A DNA stretch of 62,632 nucleotides, counting the filler. It is 7 parts of 7 records of this genome, joined end to end, with 100 filler letters (N's around TTAATTAATTAA, not from the genome) between each part and the next. Parts side by side here need not be neighbours in the genome. Positions count along the whole stretch, not along the records: positions 36,282 to 54,044 come from SRR31156797_19221; 6 more parts are not named here. The stretch is one strand, 5' to 3'. Below, one piece after another: positions 39,100 through 49,858 of the stretch (its first letter is position 1; every line of letters begins with the position of its first letter). The notes under the pieces were generated by a model, which worked only from the letters and a program-made list of their open reading frames with translations, made no database searches and was not told where the DNA came from. Position numbers and translations under genes: made by a program.

Positions 39100-40077
39100 T
39101 GAGTTGAATCCTCCAATTTGATAATTCATTGTTGGAGGAACAATTTTGTCCAGCAATTTAACATTGAGTAATGATAGGTTTGAGCTGTATTTTATTTTAA
39201 ATCGTATGATGCTATCCGAAGGAATGGTCTTTATTTGGTATTTAATAGCATTTTCCAGTTCAATTTTGGTGTAATACTCTTTATCGAGAATAATGTCTAC
39301 CATTGGACGACTTTTTAATATGATAAATCGATAGGAAATATGTTTTTGCTCATTAATCATTATTTCATAAAATCCTTTTTCTTCATCCTTTTCGGCAAAT
39401 GCAGTACGTTCTATACTGCCCGGATAGATTAAAGGTACTTGATGCTTAGACCACAGAATTTGTTGTCGATGAATATGTCCTGAAAGAAACAAATGATATT
39501 CCGAAGGAAGTTGGCTAATGGGAATTACATCTTCACCATATCGAAAGGTATAATCAGAAGGACCTACTTTTGCACCTTCCACAGATTGATGCATACATAG
39601 CAATTTGAGTGCATTTTCTTTTAAAAGTGGCTGAATTTGTGTAGTAATTTCCGGGAATTTTGTTTTCACACCCTTTCTTACACAAGGAAAGCCGGCCACA
39701 TCGAGTTCAATTCCATTTTTACTGAAATTAAAGACTTGTGGTTTGGTGAAATAATGAATATTTGGGTGTTGCATGAAAATAGAAGTGGGTAACCTTGAAC
39801 TTTCATGATTACCCGGTACAATAATCATAGGGATACCTGATTCAGCGAAGTTGAAAATTCGCTCATAAACCATATCTACAATTGGTGTGGGCACAAGTGT
39901 TCTGAAGAAAAGATCTCCTCCATGAATAACCAAATCGGCTTTATTTGACTTTGCGTAATCTAAAACTGCATCGAAGTTGTTGAAGAAATCTATCCCTCTT
40001 CTCCGTTTTTCCTTTTTAGGTTTGAGCGGAAAATCAAATCCCAGATGTGTGTCGGCAAGGAAGATAATTTTAAGCAC
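39094..40077 (-). CDS. SbcD/Mre11-like metallophosphoesterase (DNA repair exonuclease)
   Basis: ADTHLG, GGDLF, PGNHE, SGHIH, YPGSIER. Confidence 0.88.
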   Translation of the reverse strand: MLKIIFLADTHLGFDFPLKPKKEKRRRGIDFFNNFDAVLDYAKSNKADLVIHGGDLFFRTLVPTPIVDMVYERIFNFAESGIPMIIVPGNHESSRLPTSIFMQHPNIHYFTKPQVFNFSKNGIELDVAGFPCVRKGVKTKFPEITTQIQPLLKENALKLLCMHQSVEGAKVGPSDYTFRYGEDVIPISQLPSEYHLFLSGHIHRQQILWSKHQVPLIYPGSIERTAFAEKDEEKGFYEIMINEQKHISYRFIILKSRPMVDIILDKEYYTKIELENAIKYQIKTIPSDSIIRFKIKYSSNLSLLNVKLLDKIVPPTMNYQIGGFNSL

Positions 40078-40203
40078 ATGAACAGTTGTTAATTCTTAAG
40101 CAAGATACAAAAAGGTAGTCTAAGCATGCCATTTTCTAATTTTATTAGATTACAAAGTGAAGGAAATGATTAATTTTATACTGATTTTTAGCGCATTATT
40201 AAT

Positions 40204-41601
40204 ATGGCAAATGGAATGAGGTCTTTTTTATTATTGTTTGTACTGCTAGTTTTTGGTTATGGTCGGTTTTCGCAAAATTATATTATAAATCAAAATAACA
40301 ATCATGAGATAAGCTCCTTAAATACTGCCCATGAAATATATTTAATGGCTCATAAAGCTTTTGTTGAAGCTCGATTTGATGATGCAATTGAAATGTATCA
40401 AAAGGTTGATCAGTATATCGATCAACATCAGGATATTGGAAAATACTTTGATCATAAGTATCGCAATTTTTCAATGGTTGAGATGGTGAAGAAAAGAGTA
40501 GCCTTTGGAACTATCGAACCGCGTTGGAAGCATAGGGTTTTGGTTGTATTTGTAGAAAATGTATCAGCTCCGTATCAAGGTGGTCGCATCGAAACAAAAA
40601 TGGAGAAGCAATATCTGGAAAGTGCTATACTGGCTTGCAACGTGAGCGCCAGGTATGCTGAGGTATTAAGCAAAGGTGCTTTGTCGTTTGAGTTTGATAC
40701 TGTTACCTTGAAAAGTACGGTTACCCGCATCGAAGACTCTGGAAATGACGGGTTGGCGCCAGCAGATCGAATTATATATTCATTGAATCCTTATCCAACA
40801 GAATTAATATTCTCAAACATCAATAAATTTGATAGTTTCTTGTTTGTTTGGAATCATAAAGATGATCAAGGTAAAACAATTTACAAAGGTCCTCATGGGT
40901 GGGGTGGAGTAAATACTTTAGCGATAGATCCTTATATATATGAAGCAACTAAACGAGGTCGTTTGGTTATTTCTACGGGACTTATTAATCGCCCGGGAAC
41001 CATTTTTCATGAATTATTTCATACGCTTGAAAAATGTTATGGGATTGATCCAATACATGGATTTCGAGATAGTATTCGTACTAACTTTCCTGCATGGAAA
41101 GGAGAAGGAGAAATGGATTACTACCAGTTTCATTTCAATCAGATAACGAAGACCGGATTCGATGAATTTTGCTTAAGCGTCACTCATCCATTTGATAATG
41201 AGGCAAATGTAGTGGAAATAGGAGAGCACATTCCGCTTGACAATCGAATGAGTGCGAGAAAGCTTATGGCAAAACTATCCGGAAATGATTTATTTAAAAA
41301 TGAAAAGATTTTTAAACAAGCGATTGAACTAAATCCTTACGATGCAAACATCAGACTGAAATATACAGTTCAGTTGCATCAAGCTGGTCGAAAACCAGAG
41401 GCTTTTGAGCAAATTAAGGTGGCACATAAATATAGTCCTTCTAATGCTGAGGTATGTTATTGGATGGGAGTAGAAAGTTACCATAATAAGGATATGGATG
41501 GGGCCATACGGTATTTACAAGAAGCCATAAAATTGGACAGCAAGATGAGTAAAGCGCAGAAGTATCTTGATTTTGTACAGCAAAAAAAACTTAAAAATTA
41601 G
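40204..41601 (+). CDS. Secreted TPR protein with HExxH metallopeptidase-like motif
   Basis: Signal peptide, TIFHELFH, C-terminal TPR repeats. Confidence 0.65.
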   Translation: MANGMRSFLLLFVLLVFGYGRFSQNYIINQNNNHEISSLNTAHEIYLMAHKAFVEARFDDAIEMYQKVDQYIDQHQDIGKYFDHKYRNFSMVEMVKKRVAFGTIEPRWKHRVLVVFVENVSAPYQGGRIETKMEKQYLESAILACNVSARYAEVLSKGALSFEFDTVTLKSTVTRIEDSGNDGLAPADRIIYSLNPYPTELIFSNINKFDSFLFVWNHKDDQGKTIYKGPHGWGGVNTLAIDPYIYEATKRGRLVISTGLINRPGTIFHELFHTLEKCYGIDPIHGFRDSIRTNFPAWKGEGEMDYYQFHFNQITKTGFDEFCLSVTHPFDNEANVVEIGEHIPLDNRMSARKLMAKLSGNDLFKNEKIFKQAIELNPYDANIRLKYTVQLHQAGRKPEAFEQIKVAHKYSPSNAEVCYWMGVESYHNKDMDGAIRYLQEAIKLDSKMSKAQKYLDFVQQKKLKN

Positions 41602-41604
41602 ACC

Positions 41605-42324
41605 ATGAAGTATCTTGGATTAATAGTTCTCATACTTGGATTGCTAGTATCTTGTATTCCTGGGAAAAATGAGACTGAAAATTTTAAAGTTGAACATAAA
41701 GGCGCCCTTAAAAACTTTATGCGCAAAGGTGATATCTCATCCAAAGCTGATTTAAAAGAATTGGAAAATGTTAAGCATCTGTATGCGTTGGGTGCAGTTG
41801 GAAAACTGAAAGGTGAGATTTTAATTTTAGATAGTAAACCTTTTATTTCTAAGCCCAATGAGGATGGTTATAGTATTGAAAATACGTATGATTTAAAGAC
41901 ATCATTGTTGGTGTATGCTTCGGTAGAAAAGTGGAAATCTTATGAGATTCCTGGTGAAATTATTTCATATCAGGATTTTGAAACGTATGTGGAAGAAGTT
42001 GCCGCAAAGAATGGCATTAATACTGAACAACCTTTCCCATTTATGATTGAAGGAATGTTGAAATCAGCCCAATGGCATGTGATAAACTGGCCTGAAGGAG
42101 ATTCGGTACATACCCATAAAAAACACCAAACTGTAGGTCCACATGGTACAATTGAAAACAGGGATGTTAACATTCTGGGTTTTTATTCAAAGCACCATCA
42201 TGCTATTTTTACGCATCATGCTACTAATATGCATTTGCATGTAAAGACAAAAGATAATAAGCTCTCTGGTCATTTGGATGGAATGACTTTGGGACAACAG
42301 ATGATATTGAAGTTACCAAATTAA
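41605..42324 (+). CDS. Alpha-acetolactate decarboxylase-like lipoprotein
   Basis: Lipobox LVSC, LKGEILILD, ILGFYS, HLH...GH motif. Confidence 0.7.
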   Translation: MKYLGLIVLILGLLVSCIPGKNETENFKVEHKGALKNFMRKGDISSKADLKELENVKHLYALGAVGKLKGEILILDSKPFISKPNEDGYSIENTYDLKTSLLVYASVEKWKSYEIPGEIISYQDFETYVEEVAAKNGINTEQPFPFMIEGMLKSAQWHVINWPEGDSVHTHKKHQTVGPHGTIENRDVNILGFYSKHHHAIFTHHATNMHLHVKTKDNKLSGHLDGMTLGQQMILKLPN

Positions 42325-42337
42325 AACATTTATAGTT

Positions 42338-43807
42338 ATGGCATTTGGATTATTACCAAAACACATTCGTGATTTTAAACTTGAAGGAATTAAAGAAGAA
42401 CATTTTTTAGTCCTTGCAATAGAAGCCGCAAAGGCATTAGATTGGCAAATAAATCACGTGAGTAAGTCGGGTTTTGTTGCTTATACAAAATTCTCAATGA
42501 GCTCCTGGAGCGAAGAAGTTATCGTAAAGTTCAAAGAAGGGAATGTGCAAATTAAGAGTCAATGCACAGGAAGTCAATTAGTTGATTGGGGGAAAAATAA
42601 AAGGAATGTTGATCAGCTAATCTCACTTTACAACAAGAACAAAGAATCTATTTCTGAAAATGAGATTAATTCAAAGTTAAATGCCTTACATCAAGAATTT
42701 GACATTACTGCGCAAAATGATGATGTCGCATTTTTGGAACAAAAAGATAAACTGGGTTTCTTTTCACTATTTGTACCTAGTAAAGGTTACCAGGTTACAC
42801 CCATATTAGTTGGGATAAATATTTTATTATTTGTACTAATGGCCATTTCCGGAGTTCATATTATAACTCCTGAAATTCAAAGTTTATTAGATTGGGGAGC
42901 CAATTTTAGACCAGTCACAACTGAAGGCGATTGGTGGAGATTGCTTTCTGCTTGTTTTATTCATATCGGTATTTTTCACTTGCTTTTTAATATGTATGCG
43001 CTAATATATATTGGTGTATTATTAGAACCAATTCTTGGTAGGTCAAGATTTATTGCAGCTTACATATTTTCAGGAATCATCGCCAGTGTAGTGTCTATTT
43101 GGTGGAATGGTTTTACGGTAAGTGCTGGTGCTTCAGGTGCTATTTTTGGAATGTATGGTGTATTTATCGCATTGCTTTCAACCAATGTAATGGGTAAATC
43201 TGTCAGAAAAGCTTTGGTGTACAGTATTGTCTTTTTTGTGGGTTACAATTTATTAAATGGCTTCAAGCCAAATAGCGGAATAGACAATGCAGCTCATATT
43301 GGAGGTTTGATTAGTGGAGTCGTTATTGGTTTTGCTTTTATTCCATCGATAAAAAAGAATCATATTTCAAGAATAAAATATGGGACTATTGGAGGATTAT
43401 TAGCTTTAACGCTGGTATTCTCATTTGCCATTAGCAGTTCATTGTCCAGTGATATTGGGAAATATCAAGATAAAATAAATGAATTTGTTGCGATGGAATC
43501 AATGGCGTTGGAGGTTTTTAATATGCCAGAAGGAACCTCAAACGAGGAGTTTTTACATGAGTTAAATACCAGAGGATTATATTATTGGAAAGAGAATGTA
43601 AAACTGGTTGAGAGTTTTAAAGATCTCGACTTGCCGGAACCGATAAGGGAAAGAAACTCAAAATTGCTAGAATACTGTAAACTTAGAATAAAAAGCTATG
43701 AGTTAATTAGATCAGCTGTTGAGAAAGATTCTGATCAATATGATGGGCAAATTTCAGAATGTCAACAAAAAATAGAATTGATAATTAAAGATCTTACAGG
43801 TCAATAA
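42338..43807 (+). CDS. Rhomboid intramembrane serine protease
   Basis: WWRL, HLLFNM, GASGAIFG, AHIGG. Confidence 0.92.
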   Translation: MAFGLLPKHIRDFKLEGIKEEHFLVLAIEAAKALDWQINHVSKSGFVAYTKFSMSSWSEEVIVKFKEGNVQIKSQCTGSQLVDWGKNKRNVDQLISLYNKNKESISENEINSKLNALHQEFDITAQNDDVAFLEQKDKLGFFSLFVPSKGYQVTPILVGINILLFVLMAISGVHIITPEIQSLLDWGANFRPVTTEGDWWRLLSACFIHIGIFHLLFNMYALIYIGVLLEPILGRSRFIAAYIFSGIIASVVSIWWNGFTVSAGASGAIFGMYGVFIALLSTNVMGKSVRKALVYSIVFFVGYNLLNGFKPNSGIDNAAHIGGLISGVVIGFAFIPSIKKNHISRIKYGTIGGLLALTLVFSFAISSSLSSDIGKYQDKINEFVAMESMALEVFNMPEGTSNEEFLHELNTRGLYYWKENVKLVESFKDLDLPEPIRERNSKLLEYCKLRIKSYELIRSAVEKDSDQYDGQISECQQKIELIIKDLTGQ

Positions 43808-43876
43808 TAAAGTGTCAACAAAGAATTTAGAGAAATAGTATTTTGTTGTTGATTCAGTAATTGCAATAACAATTTT

Positions 43877-44938
43877 ATGCGCAAGATCATCCACATTGAT
43901 ATGGATTCGTTTTATGCTTCGGTGGAGCAGCGGGATAACCCTGAATATAAGGGAAAACCATTGGTGGTGGGTGGTCGTTCTGCACGTTCGGTTGTAGCGG
44001 CAGCTAGTTATGAGGCACGTAAATTTGGAGTGCGTTCCGCCATGCCCATGTCGAGAGCGTTGCAAAGATGTCCGCACTTAATTGTGACTCCGCCCCGATT
44101 TGATGTATATAAAAAGGTCTCAAATGAAATTCGTAAAGTCTTTTTTGAATATACAGATTTAGTGGAGCCATTATCGCTGGATGAGGCATACCTGGATGTA
44201 ACTAACCCTAAAAAAGGGCCTCCATCAGCTTCGCTAATCGCTAAAGAGATTAAACAAGAAATTAAAAAGCGTGTAAAACTTATTGCTAGCGCAGGTGTGT
44301 CATACAATAAGTTCCTGGCAAAGATTGCTTCCGATATGGATAAGCCAGATGGGTTTTATCTCATTTTACCTGAAGAGGCAGAGCAATTTTTGGAGGAGCT
44401 GAAGATTGGGAAGTTTTTTGGAGTTGGGAAAAAGACTGAAGAGAAAATGAATCACATGGGCATATTTAAAGGAAGTGACCTGAAGAAATTGCCCGAGAAT
44501 GAATTGATTCGTGATTTTGGAAAAGCAGGACGTTACTATTACAATGTAGTGCGAGGCATTGATGAGCGCCCGGTTGTTTCGCACCGTGAACCCAAGTCTA
44601 TTGGGGCTGAGCGAACTTATCAAACAGACCTGTTTGATGAAAATGAAGTAAAAGAAAAATTACAGGATGTCATTGATATTATGTGGGACCGGTATGAGTC
44701 GAAAAATAAGCAAGCTAAAACAGTGACATTGAAAGTGCGTTTTGCCGATTTTACAACCATAACCCGTAGACATACGCAAAATCATCCCTATAGCAAAGAG
44801 GAGGTTATATCTGCAGTCATGGAGATGATTCCTTTGGAAGAGATTCATGAAAAGGGAACGCGATTATTAGGGACAACCATGTCGAATTTTATGGAGGAGA
44901 AAGGGAACTTTCCTATGCAATTGAAAATAGATTTCTAA
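43877..44938 (+). CDS. dinB: DNA polymerase IV
   Basis: HIDMDSFYASVE, SYEAR, SLDEAYLD, KIASDMDKP. Confidence 0.96.
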   Translation: MRKIIHIDMDSFYASVEQRDNPEYKGKPLVVGGRSARSVVAAASYEARKFGVRSAMPMSRALQRCPHLIVTPPRFDVYKKVSNEIRKVFFEYTDLVEPLSLDEAYLDVTNPKKGPPSASLIAKEIKQEIKKRVKLIASAGVSYNKFLAKIASDMDKPDGFYLILPEEAEQFLEELKIGKFFGVGKKTEEKMNHMGIFKGSDLKKLPENELIRDFGKAGRYYYNVVRGIDERPVVSHREPKSIGAERTYQTDLFDENEVKEKLQDVIDIMWDRYESKNKQAKTVTLKVRFADFTTITRRHTQNHPYSKEEVISAVMEMIPLEEIHEKGTRLLGTTMSNFMEEKGNFPMQLKIDF

Positions 44939-45059
44939 TGTTTTTCTTTTGCTTTAAGCACCTTTTGTTATTAATTTGTTAAACAATATCAATCATAATG
45001 TTGTTAATAATCATCATGTGAAATCAAAAAGGAGCAATCCTTTTCAAAAGAATCAAAGA

Positions 45060-47318
45060 ATGAATTATCTCAATCTCAACAAATTGTTTTGGGTAATTAT
45101 TTTGTTTACCCAGGTTTTAAATCTATCTGCTCAAAATATTGAAATTACCCTACTTGATGAGGAAAATTCAATGCCTATAGAGGGTGTTGCTTTTCAATAT
45201 GCAAACCAAACCGGGACTTCTGATAATCAAGGCATAATAACATTTCAATTTCTGAAAGGGCAAAATATGTCTTTATCACATGTGAATTATGGAAAATGGG
45301 AATGGACCCCTGAGCAAATATCAGAATTGATTAAGCAAAAAGTTTATTATGGCAGACGAAAAGTTGTAAGTCTTTATCCTGTTACTGTAATAGCAGTCAA
45401 ATCGGGTCAGGATGCAACTGAGCGAGTAAAAATAGGTTGTAGAGATCGCATGAATCATGATGGGGCAGAAATTTTAAATCAAATACCAGCCATTAATAGC
45501 ATCCGTAAAGGTGGGAATTATGGTTTTGATCCGGTTTTCCGCGGATTTAAATACGACCAATTGAATGTAGTTTTGAATGGCGCGCAGAGTGCAACGGCAG
45601 CCTGTCCAAACCGCATGGACCCACCCACAAGCCAAATGGCACCCAACATGATGGATCGTATTGAAGTACTCAAAGGGCCGCATGCTTTGCGCTACGGAAC
45701 AGGTTTTGGAGGAACCATTAATTTTGTGCCATCAAAATTGAGATTTACTGCAGAACCAGATGTTTATGGGCGCATTTCTACCGGCTACAAACACAATGGA
45801 AATATCTTCCAATCGGAAGGACAAATTGGTTTAAGTAATAATCGCAACGATTTTAGTTTATTTGGGGCCTGGTCACAGGGAAAAGATTATTATTCTGGTA
45901 ATGGAGATACTATTCCTGCAGGATTTCAACGTGGTAGTTTTGGTGCCAATTTGGGGTTGAAACTTACAGACAATCAGCAATTAAGACTTTCAGCTACTTA
46001 TAATGTGGCACGTGATGCAGATTTTCCGGCATTACCAATGGACTTAAGAGAAGATGATACATGGATGTTTAATTTGAGCCATGATATCCGTTTTAGAGAC
46101 AGACAATTGCAGACATGGAGTACAACTGTATTTGGTTCATTTGTAGATCATTTTATGGATAATCGTTTGAAAGAACTTGACCCTAGAATGGTGGACGCTG
46201 AAACAGCTGCTAAAACTCAAAACTATGGTGGACGAACTGAAGGGAAGTGGCGATTTGATGATAACTTGCTTTATGTTGGGACTGATGCTCGCATTGAGAG
46301 CGCAGAGGGCACACGTGAGCGAGAGTTTTTAATGGGACCAATGGTAGGAAATGTGCTTGAAGATAATGCCTGGCAAGAAGGACAAATTAACAAGTTAGGG
46401 TTATTTGCCGAGTATCATTTAAACAAAGAGCAAATACAGTTTGTGTTTTCAGGTAGACTAAATCTGAATATGGCAGATATTAATGAGCCAACTGCAGAGT
46501 TTGAGTCAGTTTATGAAGAAACATCCAGTTTGCAAATTAATCCAAATATCAGTATTGGTATTCAAAAACCATTAAACGATCAAATGAAATTGAGTTTGTG
46601 GTTAGGACGCGTTCAGCGTAGTGGAAGTTTAACAGAGCGCTTTATCAATTATTTTCCTGTTGGATTAGATCCCTATGAGATGTTAGGTAATCCGGAGTTA
46701 AAACCAGAAGCAAACAATCAGGCTGATATCTCATTCGAATGGCGCAATGAAAAAACCGCTATAAATGTGGATATTTTTGCTGCATACATGCAAGATTATA
46801 TTTCATCTGTAATAGATACTACGCTAGATCCACGCATGCCTACAAGTCCTGGAGTACGTCAGTTTACTAATATTGATGAAGCATTTAAAACAGGATTTGA
46901 AGTATCGTGGTTGCAAAAACTGCCTTATGGATTGCAATCACAGGTTGGAGTAGCCTATACCTATGCACAGGATATTGTATTAAATGAGCCTTTGCCAGAA
47001 ATACCTCCTTTGGATTTAAGAATAGGCTTAAACGGATCATACCTTGATGATAAATTATTGCCTGAGCTTCAATTCAGATATGCCATGAAGCAAGATAGAA
47101 TTTCTGAAGAATATGGAGAGACTAAAACGCCTGAATTTGCATTGCTGGATTTTAAAGTAGCTTATAAAATTACCAAAGATTTAAGGGTTTCGGCAGGTGT
47201 AAATAATATTATGGATCAAAAGTATTATGAACATTTAAGCAGAGCTGTAAGAGGTACGCCAGATCCAATTTATGCACCCGGAAGGAATTTCTTTGGTAGT
47301 GTGAGTTATAGCTTTTAA
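45060..47318 (+). CDS. TonB-dependent receptor, OprC-like putative copper receptor
   Basis: Plug ACPNRMDPP, IEVLKGP, HFMDN, C-terminal PGRNFF...YSF. Confidence 0.85.
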   Translation: MNYLNLNKLFWVIILFTQVLNLSAQNIEITLLDEENSMPIEGVAFQYANQTGTSDNQGIITFQFLKGQNMSLSHVNYGKWEWTPEQISELIKQKVYYGRRKVVSLYPVTVIAVKSGQDATERVKIGCRDRMNHDGAEILNQIPAINSIRKGGNYGFDPVFRGFKYDQLNVVLNGAQSATAACPNRMDPPTSQMAPNMMDRIEVLKGPHALRYGTGFGGTINFVPSKLRFTAEPDVYGRISTGYKHNGNIFQSEGQIGLSNNRNDFSLFGAWSQGKDYYSGNGDTIPAGFQRGSFGANLGLKLTDNQQLRLSATYNVARDADFPALPMDLREDDTWMFNLSHDIRFRDRQLQTWSTTVFGSFVDHFMDNRLKELDPRMVDAETAAKTQNYGGRTEGKWRFDDNLLYVGTDARIESAEGTREREFLMGPMVGNVLEDNAWQEGQINKLGLFAEYHLNKEQIQFVFSGRLNLNMADINEPTAEFESVYEETSSLQINPNISIGIQKPLNDQMKLSLWLGRVQRSGSLTERFINYFPVGLDPYEMLGNPELKPEANNQADISFEWRNEKTAINVDIFAAYMQDYISSVIDTTLDPRMPTSPGVRQFTNIDEAFKTGFEVSWLQKLPYGLQSQVGVAYTYAQDIVLNEPLPEIPPLDLRIGLNGSYLDDKLLPELQFRYAMKQDRISEEYGETKTPEFALLDFKVAYKITKDLRVSAGVNNIMDQKYYEHLSRAVRGTPDPIYAPGRNFFGSVSYSF

Positions 47319-47399
47319 TAAATGATAGCTGGAAATTATATTTACTCATAAATTATTTTATAAATAAATTGAATTCGTTTATTTTGCGAATCTTTTAAA

Positions 47400-48530
47400 A
47401 TGAATACTGATATGAGATACTATTACTTGCTATTAATTACTTTTTTTCCGTTTCTTTCAAATGCACAAAATGCATATTACACAATAGATACCACAAGTCA
47501 TGTTGGTGTAAATGTTATCGAAGGTACAGATTATCAAAATTCACATTTCTGTCTTGTGGAGCAAAATGGATATGAGTTAAAATTTTCTCCTGATGAGGTT
47601 AAAGAGTATAGACTAAAGAACGGTCGAACCTATATATCTAAAGAAGTTACAATTGGTGATACTACTAAACAGGTTTTTCTGGAAAGAATTACAAGTGCAG
47701 ATATAATTGTTTTTTATTATAAAGGAAGAAATTCGAAATTTTATTTTTTAGAAAGTTTAGACGGTGAATTAATAATTCTTGATAAAGATGATGCATCTAA
47801 AAATTTTTATAAAAAAATTATTTTAGATCGCATTGGAGATTGTGAATATGCTAGTAAAAATGCAAAGTACATGAAGTTCACTTCGAATGGAATCAATAAA
47901 TTTATCGATCTATATTCGGACTGTAAGCCTTTTTCTTATCCTCGTTTTAAGTTTGGAGCTTATTACGGAATTGATTATGCAAAATATGTAACGCGCGAAT
48001 CAATTTATTCGGAAACTAAAAAACTTGATTTTCATTTCCATTTAAATTATTCCATAGGAGCTTTTCTTGATATACCTATTTCGAGCAGCCAGTTTTACTT
48101 GCACAATGCAATATCCTTTACTGAGCATGACTATACATTAAACATGGTAAAACGAAATGGCAAATTTGATATGATGGTAAAATCTCGAACTTTTCGTGTT
48201 CCTATTAATCTTAAATATGTTATTCCAGGAAAAAACTTTAACGCATTCATTAAAGGAGGATTGATATATAATTATAATTATTCAAGTGAAGTAGAAATAT
48301 ACGATACTAATTATTTCCCGGGAGATATAGTAGAAGTAAAAAAGCTTATAAATGATGATTTGGTTTCTGATAATGAAATAGGATTGACAATTGGTTTAGG
48401 TGTTTTATACAAAATCACTAATAAGTATGCGGTTTTTGTTCAGACTGGAGCTAGTCAAACGTTAGGCTTTGGGAATACAGGAAATCATAATAATAGTATA
48501 TTAGATCTATCACTTGGAGTAATGTTGTAG
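47400..48530 (+). CDS. Outer-membrane beta-barrel domain protein
   Basis: Signal peptide and a C-terminal porin-like strand pattern. Confidence 0.65.
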   Translation: MNTDMRYYYLLLITFFPFLSNAQNAYYTIDTTSHVGVNVIEGTDYQNSHFCLVEQNGYELKFSPDEVKEYRLKNGRTYISKEVTIGDTTKQVFLERITSADIIVFYYKGRNSKFYFLESLDGELIILDKDDASKNFYKKIILDRIGDCEYASKNAKYMKFTSNGINKFIDLYSDCKPFSYPRFKFGAYYGIDYAKYVTRESIYSETKKLDFHFHLNYSIGAFLDIPISSSQFYLHNAISFTEHDYTLNMVKRNGKFDMMVKSRTFRVPINLKYVIPGKNFNAFIKGGLIYNYNYSSEVEIYDTNYFPGDIVEVKKLINDDLVSDNEIGLTIGLGVLYKITNKYAVFVQTGASQTLGFGNTGNHNNSILDLSLGVML

Positions 48531-48810
48531 TTTTAAAAACAAATAAAACAGTAACTTAAAGTTCAGATTACTGCTTAAAATGTAACCAAAATCGAATAGT
48601 TTTTTGCAGCCTATTTCAAAATCAGATATTTCTGATGTTTTTGAATATCTTTTCGAATTTAATCTGCCAAAAATATAGTTTTATATTGAAGTAATTGAAA
48701 AAACAAACTGAAACGTTGGTTAATGATGTTACATAGTTTTCACGTAATAAATTTTGTTAAATTGCAATTCTGTTTAATGAAAATCAGTGTGAGATGATAA
48801 TCAGTATTTT

Positions 48811-49278
48811 ATGAGTTACAATTGGGAAAAAATATTTAAACAAAAAACAGATAAAGAATTATTGGAAATATATTCAGGTAATTCGCATTTAAACTTTGAA
48901 GCTCTGGTATATGCAGGTCTGGAATTACGTTCCCGAAAATATTATTTTGATAAGATAAGGGAGATACATCAAAAGATATTAGACAGCATAAGAAGAGATA
49001 TTGAGGAATTTGAAGGTTTATCATTCCGCAATTCAAAGTTTTTTCGAAACGAGATTATAAGTGTATTGTCGTTTTTTGGTATTGTAATAATTGTTTTAAA
49101 TAGCGATCAGATAGAGTTTAAATATACGAATTCAAAATCCATAGAACTTTTAATTTATGCTATTGTATTGGTAATCGGTATTTTCACTTCCAAATGGAGT
49201 TATAATCGATTTAAGAGAAAAAAGGAGAAGGGGATTAAGGAAAGACTGGAGTTATTTAAGAAGCTTGCAAGTAAATGA
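48811..49278 (+). CDS. Hypothetical membrane protein
   Basis: 155-aa ORF with two TM segments, overlapping the next start. Confidence 0.6.
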   Translation: MSYNWEKIFKQKTDKELLEIYSGNSHLNFEALVYAGLELRSRKYYFDKIREIHQKILDSIRRDIEEFEGLSFRNSKFFRNEIISVLSFFGIVIIVLNSDQIEFKYTNSKSIELLIYAIVLVIGIFTSKWSYNRFKRKKEKGIKERLELFKKLASK

Positions 49279-49808
49279 AAACCAACACACAAAGACTAAT
49301 TCTTAGGCCGATTATGCCAACTGATAATCAGGCGATTTTCAATTATCGCTCCGATTCTGAAGCCAATAAATACCAGGGTTGGATTCCCAAAACCATCCAG
49401 GATGTAGATGAGTTCATTGCCAAAAATCCTGCAAAATTTAATCTGCCGGAAACATGGTTTCAATTGGTTGTCATTGAGAAAGAATCTGAAAAGCTAATTG
49501 GTGATGTTGGCGTTCACTTTTTTGGAGATGAAAATCAGCAAGTGGAGCTTGGCTGCACGTTGGATAAAACTTTTCAGGGAAAAGGCTATGCAACAGAGGC
49601 ATTGACCGCAGTGATCAACTACCTTTTCAATGAGCTAAATAAGCATAGAATTATTGGTTCTATTGATCCTCGAAATACTGGCTCCATTGCAATGATGGAG
49701 CGTTTAGGCTTTCGTAAAGAAGCTCACCACAAAGAGAGTCTTTTTATCAATGGCGAATGGGTTGATGATGTGGTGTACGCTATTCTAAAAGAGGAATGGA
49801 CAAAATAG
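49275..49808 (+). CDS. GNAT acetyltransferase, RimJ/RimL family
   Basis: TQRLILR, FQGKGYATEA, N.GS..MMERLGF. Confidence 0.9.
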   Translation: MKTNTQRLILRPIMPTDNQAIFNYRSDSEANKYQGWIPKTIQDVDEFIAKNPAKFNLPETWFQLVVIEKESEKLIGDVGVHFFGDENQQVELGCTLDKTFQGKGYATEALTAVINYLFNELNKHRIIGSIDPRNTGSIAMMERLGFRKEAHHKESLFINGEWVDDVVYAILKEEWTK

Positions 49809-49858
49809 TAGCATTTTGTCCATTTGTCAATATTGATTTTATGTATTTTTTTTACTTC

